The notes under the pieces: model-generated
What the model saw: the letters and a program-made list of their open reading frames with translations, nothing else
Databases searched by the model: none
What the model was told of the DNA's origin: nothing
From: Deltaproteobacteria bacterium
Lineage (GTDB): Bacteria > Desulfobacterota > DSM-4660 > Desulfatiglandales > Desulfatiglandaceae
Length of the DNA stretch: 43,375 nt
Direction of reading: 5' to 3'
NCBI GenBank assembly: GCA_021163285.1
Contig: JAGGXA010000028.1
Location: 1-43,375, forward strand
Shown: one piece after another, positions 36,950-43,375 of the stretch
Position numbering within the stretch: the stretch's first letter is position 1
How the letters are laid out: each line of letters starts with the position of its first letter
Translations under genes and position numbers: made by a program

Positions 36950-38241
36950 TGTTTAAATGCCCTCTGCCCGGTAAAGAGCATTGTGACCCGGGGCCTCGCT
37001 TCATTGCACGCGCAAATGATTTCAAAATCCCTTTGAGAGCCGCCCGGCTGAACAATAGCACTGATCCCTTCCTTGATGGCAACGTCCACACCATCCCTGA
37101 ATGGAAAAAAGGCGTCTGAGACCATTATACTCCCTGTAAGTCCGCCCTTTGCCCTGTTTGTTTCTTCATCAATCCCGGTTAATAATTTTTTCTCCATGCT
37201 GCCTTTTTCAACGGCAAGTTCCAGTTCCTTGTATGAGATACCATGCATTTTAAAACAAATGGCATCAGCATACTTGGTGTATGCCTTAAAAATACCTATC
37301 TCAGCGACACCGACCCTGTCCTGCTCACCTGTGCCGATCCCCACGGTTACGCCATCTTTGACATATATAACCGAGTTAGAGGTCACTCCCTGCTCTACCT
37401 GCCAGCCGAAAAGCATGTCCGTGTACTCCTCCCTGGTGGGTTTTCGTGCGATAGAAAAGGTTTTTCCCTTGTGTATAGTCTGCGCGAGGTCAAAATCGTC
37501 AGGGGACTTAATGCGGTTTAAAGGAGACTGTTGAACAATAATACCACCATCCATGAGACTTTTGAAGTCAACAAATCTCATGTTGATATAGTGGGAGAGA
37601 TTGTCCATTCGGCTTATCCGAATAATGCGGAGATTGGTCCTTTTGGAAAGGATATCAATCGTCTTATCTTCAAAATCAGGAGCGGCTACAACCTCAAGAT
37701 AATTTTTTGCTACCATTTCCGCGGTCGCAAGATCCATCGGCCGGTTAAAGAGAGCACATCCCCCAAAGGCTGCAACTCGATCCGCCATGTTCGCCTTGTC
37801 ATAGGCCTCGGAAAGATCGGTTCCACAGGCAACGCCACAGGGATTATTATGCTTTACAATCACCACTGCCGGACCCGCATCGAGATATTTTATGATATTA
37901 AGGCCATTATCCACATCGGTCAGGTTTATTTTGCCTGGATGCTTTCCGCTCCGGATCATATCTTCTTCCGTAATAGAGGAGACCAGGCCGTTCCCGGGTT
38001 TAATAAACTCGACCTGACCCAGGACAAGGTTCCCGTTTATCAGTTCATAGAGCGCGGCTTCCTGTCCGGGATTCTCACCGTAACGAAGTCCCTTTTCAAT
38101 AAGTTCACCCGCATTATCATCCATAATTTTCCAGGACCTCTTCCGGTAAACAAGCGTCTGTTTATCAAAGGAAATTGTTATTTCGGAAGGAAAATGGTCA
38201 TCCATTACAGAGCGATACATCTGTTTAAGATCATTACTCAT
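36946..38241 (-). CDS. purH: AICAR transformylase-domain protein (PurH lacking the IMP cyclohydrolase/MGS domain)
   Basis: 431 aa. It starts directly with an AICARFT-like region (LRYGENPGQEAALY) and continues to the C-terminal FTGQRAFKH. There is no N-terminal MGS-like domain. Confidence 0.8.
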   Translation of the reverse strand: MSNDLKQMYRSVMDDHFPSEITISFDKQTLVYRKRSWKIMDDNAGELIEKGLRYGENPGQEAALYELINGNLVLGQVEFIKPGNGLVSSITEEDMIRSGKHPGKINLTDVDNGLNIIKYLDAGPAVVIVKHNNPCGVACGTDLSEAYDKANMADRVAAFGGCALFNRPMDLATAEMVAKNYLEVVAAPDFEDKTIDILSKRTNLRIIRISRMDNLSHYINMRFVDFKSLMDGGIIVQQSPLNRIKSPDDFDLAQTIHKGKTFSIARKPTREEYTDMLFGWQVEQGVTSNSVIYVKDGVTVGIGTGEQDRVGVAEIGIFKAYTKYADAICFKMHGISYKELELAVEKGSMEKKLLTGIDEETNRAKGGLTGSIMVSDAFFPFRDGVDVAIKEGISAIVQPGGSQRDFEIICACNEARPRVTMLFTGQRAFKH

Positions 38242-38317
38242 ATTTTACCTCATTAAGATATGATTGAGAGTAAGGTAAGGGCTTCCCGGCGCCGATAAGA
38301 CAGTTTTCGTTCAGGCG

Positions 38318-39094
38318 TTATTTCGGGGTCTTTCGCTTTTCTATGTAAGCATATGCGTTATGGTTATGAATTGATTCAAAATTTTCAGATTCAACGGTAA
38401 ACCATGTAATGTTTGAATCTTTGTTTAATTTTACAGCTATGTCTCTTACGATATCTTCCACAAACATAGGATTATCATAGGCCCTTTCGGTTACATATTT
38501 TTCATCTTCACGTTTGAGAACTGAATAGACATCACTTGAGGCCGACTGTTCAACAAGCTTGATCAGGTCTTCAATCCACACAAACTTTTGAAATCTGACC
38601 TGAAGACGCACCTCACCCCTCTGGTTATGTGCGCCATACTTGCTTATTTCTTTAGAGCATGGGCAAAGAGTCGATATTGGAACATAGATCATTACGATGA
38701 GATCGCTTCCATTATTCAAGGAGCCCTTTAAGGCGCATTTGTATTCCATAAGACCGTCAGCCCCTGTTACCGGGGCCTTTTTGTTAATAAAATATGGAAA
38801 GGTTATCTTCATATGAGCGCTTTCAGCATCCAGTCTTTGTTTCATTTCTTCCAGTATTTCCGTGAAGTTATGAATAGAAATACGCCTGTCGTGCTCATTT
38901 AAAATCTCTACAAAACGACTCATATGGGTTCCCTTATAATAACGGGGCAGATTTACATACATGTTGATCTCTGCAACCGTTTGCTGTTCGCCCATATCCT
39001 TGTCAAGCACGGTAATGGGATATCGTATGCCCTTTACACCAACTTGATTGATATCTATATTCCTGTCATCCTTATGATTCTGTATATCTTCCAT
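38318..39094 (-). CDS. folE2: GTP cyclohydrolase IB (FolE2/MptA family)
   Basis: 258 aa. Motifs VGVKGIRYPI, YKGTHMSRF, STLCPCSKEIS and AHNQRG are characteristic of GCYH-IB. Confidence 0.85.
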   Translation of the reverse strand: MEDIQNHKDDRNIDINQVGVKGIRYPITVLDKDMGEQQTVAEINMYVNLPRYYKGTHMSRFVEILNEHDRRISIHNFTEILEEMKQRLDAESAHMKITFPYFINKKAPVTGADGLMEYKCALKGSLNNGSDLIVMIYVPISTLCPCSKEISKYGAHNQRGEVRLQVRFQKFVWIEDLIKLVEQSASSDVYSVLKREDEKYVTERAYDNPMFVEDIVRDIAVKLNKDSNITWFTVESENFESIHNHNAYAYIEKRKTPK

Positions 39095-39108
39095 ATCTTT
39101 CTTTTTTA

Positions 39109-39122
39109 AAATATTAATATTT
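39109..39122. promoter_or_regulatory. Perfect 14-bp AT palindrome AAATATTAATATTT upstream of folE2 (candidate metalloregulator operator)
   Basis: Exact 7-0-7 dyad, 15 nt upstream of the folE2 ATG, embedded in -10-like TATAAA/TATTAAT sequence. FolE2 genes are Zur-regulated in several bacteria. Assigning this site to Zur is inference. Confidence 0.3.
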
Positions 39123-39150
39123 ATACCTAAACGGACTTTTTGTTCAGGCG

Positions 39151-39324
39151 CTATATATCTATTAAACAGTTTTTCAGCTTTATTTGAAGTGAATCGGGTA
39201 AAAATTCTTCATATAAAAAAGCGTTTACTTCCTCTTTAGTAAGGTCTTTCATGATTTCAGAGGGTATTCTTCTCAAGGCCTCTAATCTTTCAGAATCAGG
39301 TTCCTGTTTATTTATTTTATCCAT
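39151..39324 (-). CDS. Hypothetical small protein (57 aa), not in the supplied ORF track
   Basis: Hand translation: MDKINKQEPDSERLEALRRIPSEIMKDLTKEEVNAFLYEEFLPDSLQIKLKNCLIDI*. AAGGA lies about 9 nt upstream of the ATG. It is on the same strand as folE2, 56 nt upstream of it. No recognisable family. Confidence 0.3.
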   Translation of the reverse strand: MDKINKQEPDSERLEALRRIPSEIMKDLTKEEVNAFLYEEFLPDSLQIKLKNCLIDI

Positions 39325-39956
39325 TATTAATTTTCCTTTTTAAAATACTGATACAGACAGCTTCCCGTTCCCTTCAGTTGATTTCAGGGAACCTTGCCGG
39401 CTTGATTGATTTATGGGATGCTGAGAAAAATAACTTATCCATCCAGCATCCCTCTTCAGGCCACCTTCGATCATCACGATTGAGAAAAACCCCCAACGCA
39501 ACCCTGCTATGCCTGCGGTTTTTATCAATTGAGATGACCGAATCCAGCCTAAGGCTGAATTTTTTGCTATTATATCACATTATAAAGGAAATATATAGAG
39601 TCAATATACAGATTTTTTTCTCCTGAATACAATTCGTTGGGACTCATTGATGATCTTTCATGGGGATTTGAATACAATCAAACCCTTGTTCTGAAAAGAG
39701 GACTCACATTTTCATAGATAGCACCAGTTAACCCTGCTTCATTTTTTTTATTAGCCGCGGACCCACACGGACAGACACTTGAGGGGCTGCAACAGTAAGC
39801 CAAATGATATATTTCAATGGTTGCTTGATAATATGGATTTTCCAGCCGGACCGGGAAGGCGCATGGCAAGGACTTCATAGCATTTGGCCGATGTTACGAA
39901 CAACCCCTTGAATCCTTTCCGTACTTTTGGTTTATCCTCTCAAAACGTATGTTTTA

Positions 39957-41255
39957 TTACCGTACCGGCTGGTTGAAATAACCAAGTTCGAGATCCGGGA
40001 AATCTTCTTTAAGCATAGTCTTTGCTTGTCTCATTCCGATACGGGGTGACATTGTCTTAGGCATTTTATCCAAATAATACTGAGGATCGATGTTCAGATT
40101 TTTCAGGTGAATAAAATTTATTCCTGTTTGCTCTATCAAATCCATTAACGCCTCGATCTCGGCTTCCTGATCGGATATGCCCGGAAAAACGAGGTAGTTT
40201 ATCATTGTGTAAAGGCTCATGTCTCTTGAAAGGGTAATAGATTCCACAACGTCTTTAAAGTCATAGCCCCTGGGACGGTAATAGGCCCTGTAGAACTCAG
40301 GACGAGCGCTGTTCAGGCTAATCCTGATAGAATCCAGACCGCTTTCCGCTATGCGCCGAACCTGTTCCGGACGGCTTCCATTGGTATTAAGATTAATTGT
40401 CCCTTGCTGTGTCTGTTCCCTGATACCCTTGATACTGTCCGCTATCAACTTGTATTCCGTCAGCGGTTCCCCTTCACAGCCCTGGCCAAAGCTTATGATG
40501 GCATCAGGCGCCTGTTCGAGGTGTTCCACTGCGAGGTCAATTATCTCTTCCCTCGAAGGCCTGAAGGATATCCTCTGCTGTGAGGCTTCACATGTTTGGT
40601 CCTGTTGAAAAGAAATACAGCCAAGACATGCGGCATTACAGCTTTGACTGACGGGAAGAGGCGCTTCCCACCTCTTTAAGAACAGGTTTTTTGCAGCGAA
40701 ACAATGGTTTATTGCAGCGCAATTGATAAGGTGCTCAATTAGACGTCCGCCGGTACGCTTTCTTTGATATTCCTCTATAGCCGGAACTAATTCCCTGTCA
40801 TCGTAATTCCCCGGGTCCCATTTATAATTATACTCAATCCTGAATCCGGAAACCATGTACTTCTCATCTTTGAAGCCGACTGCCGTATATGCCCACAAAG
40901 GCAGGATAAAGGATTTCTGATGATAATCCACGGCAGGGAGATGAATCCGAACAAACCCCGGTTCAAGAAAGGCAGCCACCGCATAACATCGAGTTACAAC
41001 ACCATCAATTTCAATATCATACACAATTTCATATTTGCCTGTAATTGGATCAATCCCTATTGGAGGACAACCGGGAATAAAAAACAGCTTGCCGTATTCG
41101 GTCATGGGAATAAGATCTTCTTTTTTTGGAAGAACAGGATCTGAACCGGAAAAGCCGGCCATCAGGAAGTATGGGTGGTCATATATCCTGCCCTCGGAAT
41201 CGGCATAAATCATTTGCGGCAGATATCTTAATTCAGGATTCATATCTAATTTCAT
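39957..41255 (-). CDS. Radical SAM protein with ~200-aa N-terminal domain, function unknown
   Basis: 432 aa. Cluster motif SCNAACLGC (CxxxCxxC), FGQGCEGEPL, and a TIM-barrel-like remainder (NLNTNGS, IRISLNS). Confidence 0.75.
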   Translation of the reverse strand: MKLDMNPELRYLPQMIYADSEGRIYDHPYFLMAGFSGSDPVLPKKEDLIPMTEYGKLFFIPGCPPIGIDPITGKYEIVYDIEIDGVVTRCYAVAAFLEPGFVRIHLPAVDYHQKSFILPLWAYTAVGFKDEKYMVSGFRIEYNYKWDPGNYDDRELVPAIEEYQRKRTGGRLIEHLINCAAINHCFAAKNLFLKRWEAPLPVSQSCNAACLGCISFQQDQTCEASQQRISFRPSREEIIDLAVEHLEQAPDAIISFGQGCEGEPLTEYKLIADSIKGIREQTQQGTINLNTNGSRPEQVRRIAESGLDSIRISLNSARPEFYRAYYRPRGYDFKDVVESITLSRDMSLYTMINYLVFPGISDQEAEIEALMDLIEQTGINFIHLKNLNIDPQYYLDKMPKTMSPRIGMRQAKTMLKEDFPDLELGYFNQPVR

Positions 41256-41292
41256 AACCGTTCACGGGTTCAATGGTTCAGGGTTCAAGGTC
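41255..41292. repeat. Family 3 terminal motif plus GGTTCA-rich tail (ATAACCGTTCACGGGTTCAATGGTTCAGGGTTCAAGGTC)
   Basis: It carries the same AACCGTTCACGGGTT motif as 8441-8472, 8722- and 32121-. It fills the 61-nt spacer between the carboxyltransferase stop and the radical SAM start. Confidence 0.55.
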
Positions 41293-41316
41293 AATAAATG
41301 TTATTATATCCTATCC

Positions 41317-42897
41317 TTAAAGAGTGATATTAGAGTACTTTCTCCATGGCTGTGATCGGTATAATGTTTTCCACTTGTTTTCCAATGCATCAAGAGACCT
41401 GTTTATTATTGCCCTTGTGTCCTTTGGATCTATTACATCATCAATAAAACCTCTTGCTGCTGCATGATATGGATTGGCATACATTTCGTTGTACTCTTCT
41501 ATCTTTTTTGCTCTCAATTTTTCAGGATTATCAGCCTTTTTTATCTCTTTTGCAAAAATAACGCTGGCAGCAGTCTTGCCATCCAGAGCAGTAACAATAG
41601 CTGTTGGCCAGGCATAAACAAAATCAGCGCCAATAGATTTATCCAGCATCCCATAATGAGAACAGGCATAAGATTTTCTTACAATAATAGAAATTAAAGG
41701 CACGGTAGCATTTGCCCAGGCAAAAAGCAGTTTGGAGCCATGGCGCAGAATGCCCCCCCAACCCTGCCTGGAATCTATCATATATGCAGGAGAATCTACA
41801 AAAGTAATTAATGGTATATTGAAAAGATCGCAAAATCTGATGAATCTTGCAGCCTTGTCGGAAGCATCGATATCTATCGCGCCTGCCTTGCAGCCTGGCT
41901 GATTAGCGACAATTCCTGCGGGACGACCATTAAAACGGGCAAAACCTGTAATCATATTTTTTGCATAACGCCCTAAGATCTCCAAAAAACAGTTATCATC
42001 CACTATTTTCCTGATTACCTCATACATGTTAAAAACATGACATGGTTCATCAGGAATTATAGCAAGCAGATCATTTCCTTCCCTCTCAGGGTCGTCCGCT
42101 GTCTTAATCCGGGGAGGCTTTTCTCTATTATTGGAAGGAAAAAAGGATAAAAGCTCTTTGCATTTGTCCAAACAATCCTTATCATTTTCGGCTACTAAAT
42201 GTGTCTGACCGGATTTTACCGCGTTGGCTTCTATACCGCAGAGCTTTTCAAGACTGATTTCCTCATAGGTCTGTGCCTTCACAAAGGCAGGACCGGCAAT
42301 ACCCAAAAAACCGGTATCTTTGACCTGAATAACAAAATCCTGCATAACAGGATGTAATGCCTGCCCACCCAAGCAGGGTCCAAGGAGCAGGGATATTTGA
42401 GGAATTATTCCCGAAGCCTGATTTTGAGCTTTGAACAGCCGTCCATACGATTCCAGTGCGTCCATGCCTTCCTGCATCCGGAGTCCTCCGGAATCATTCA
42501 TGCTTACAAAAGGCCATCCCTTTTCCTTTGCAAAATCAATGGAATGAGCAAATTTTCTGCCATGTTCTTCTCCGAAACTTCCTGACATGCATGTGAAATC
42601 TTCACTTGCAGTAACAACATATCTACCATTCACTTTTCCAAAACCGGTTACAATGCCATCAGCAGGAATGTCTCTGTCTTGCATCCCAAAAACGGCTGCT
42701 CTATGTTTGACAAAGGCGCCTGTTTCCGTAAAAGTACCTGGGTCAAAAAAATAATCTATTCTTTCTCTCGCCGTCAGCAGACCCTTTTTATGGCGATTTT
42801 CTATCGCCTTCAAGCCTCCCATTTGATTGATATGTTCCCGCCTTTTCAGCAGGTCTTCCAGCCTTTTTATGTTTTTGCTTTTAGGCACCTTACCCAT
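41317..42897 (-). CDS. Acyl-CoA carboxyltransferase (propionyl-CoA carboxylase beta / methylmalonyl-CoA decarboxylase alpha family)
   Basis: 526 aa. Motifs RERIDYFFDPGTF, DFTCMSGSFGE, NDSGGLRMQEG, GPCLGG and FVDSPAYM. The sequence is divergent at the usually conserved GGARIQEG (here GGLRMQEG). Confidence 0.85.
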   Translation of the reverse strand: MGKVPKSKNIKRLEDLLKRREHINQMGGLKAIENRHKKGLLTARERIDYFFDPGTFTETGAFVKHRAAVFGMQDRDIPADGIVTGFGKVNGRYVVTASEDFTCMSGSFGEEHGRKFAHSIDFAKEKGWPFVSMNDSGGLRMQEGMDALESYGRLFKAQNQASGIIPQISLLLGPCLGGQALHPVMQDFVIQVKDTGFLGIAGPAFVKAQTYEEISLEKLCGIEANAVKSGQTHLVAENDKDCLDKCKELLSFFPSNNREKPPRIKTADDPEREGNDLLAIIPDEPCHVFNMYEVIRKIVDDNCFLEILGRYAKNMITGFARFNGRPAGIVANQPGCKAGAIDIDASDKAARFIRFCDLFNIPLITFVDSPAYMIDSRQGWGGILRHGSKLLFAWANATVPLISIIVRKSYACSHYGMLDKSIGADFVYAWPTAIVTALDGKTAASVIFAKEIKKADNPEKLRAKKIEEYNEMYANPYHAAARGFIDDVIDPKDTRAIINRSLDALENKWKTLYRSQPWRKYSNITL

Positions 42898-43375
42898 AAT
42901 TTAAGTCTCCTGACTCTATGTCACCCGGAACTTGTGCAACTTATTGAAAACAAAGTATCCACATCCATGAGGACGCGGCCTTAAATAAATTCTGAACCGC
43001 ATACTTTGAACCGTAACCACTCGGGAATATATGTATATTTTTGATTTACTTGTCAAGATCGATTTTTTCAGCTTTCAAAACCTGACGACCAATCAAATCA
43101 AAGGTCGGAGGTTGTCCCGGCTGAACAACTTATTATTCAGGCATCACACATATCAGGATACATGCGAACGCGAGGATCCAATGAAGTACCCGGATTATAT
43201 AATCTAAATTCAGAGGTAATGACTCATGGATTTTTTCAACCGTTCAAGTTTGCCCGGAAAAGAAAACAGGGTTTGACCGAGGCATCAATTTGAAGGGGTA
43301 AATCCAGAATACAGCAGGTTCATCCATGCATAATACCTAAAACCTGCATAAACTATTTTCAAGAAGAAAATTATG

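Noticed and set aside
37531-38256. Long antisense ORFs are present: 241 aa opposite purH, 209 aa at 13700-14329 opposite GDH, 229 aa at 30423-31112 opposite gcdA, 178 aa at 34788-35324 opposite the ATP-grasp gene, and several opposite the S8 protease gene.
   Set aside because: Each is fully embedded in a gene with clear family motifs on the other strand, and their translations are low-complexity. They are shadow ORFs.
39841-39875. CCGGACCGGGAAGGCGCATGG resembles the SRP RNA domain IV GGAA-tetraloop region.
   Set aside because: The flanking bases cannot form the conserved helix 8 with its symmetric and asymmetric loops on either strand.
39678-39878. A 66-aa Cys-rich ORF (…HLAYCCSPSSVCPCGS…) lies just downstream of the radical SAM gene and could be a RiPP precursor.
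   Set aside because: There is no Shine-Dalgarno sequence near the ATG. It lies downstream rather than upstream of the enzyme, with no leader-like region, and the radical SAM protein shows no obvious SPASM/RRE features. It is most likely a chance ORF.

Overview
This 43.4-kb bacterial chromosomal window carries mostly housekeeping and anaerobic-metabolism genes. The gene content (acyl-CoA dehydrogenase next to a GcdA-type carboxyltransferase, FeoABC, B12-type and other radical SAM enzymes, FolE2) suggests a Desulfobacterota-like anaerobe; that taxonomic guess is inference only. I support 25 protein-coding genes, including one speculative 57-aa sORF: secG, gatB, gatA, an aspS ORF carrying a C-terminal GatC module, feoA/feoB/feoC, a large NAD-GDH-like gene, an orphan livF-like ATPase, a 1,566-aa orphan ORF, a secreted S8 protease, priA, a trpF-like gene, acd plus gcdA, tilS, an ATP-grasp gene overlapping an EndoQ-like PHP nuclease, an AICARFT-only purH, folE2, two radical SAM genes and a second carboxyltransferase. 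There is also one tRNA-Leu(GAG) and one 5'-truncated malK-like remnant. The most unusual points are: (i) the giant ORF, which has two degenerate GlnD-like HD/helical modules; (ii) the AspRS-GatC fusion at the head of the gat operon; (iii) at least five families of short palindromic, MITE-like repeats in many of the longer intergenic regions, some nested, some supplying stop codons, and two bracketing a 4.5-kb GDH/livF segment. No CRISPR array, rRNA, transposase or integrase was seen. All family assignments come from reading motifs by eye; no database search was run.
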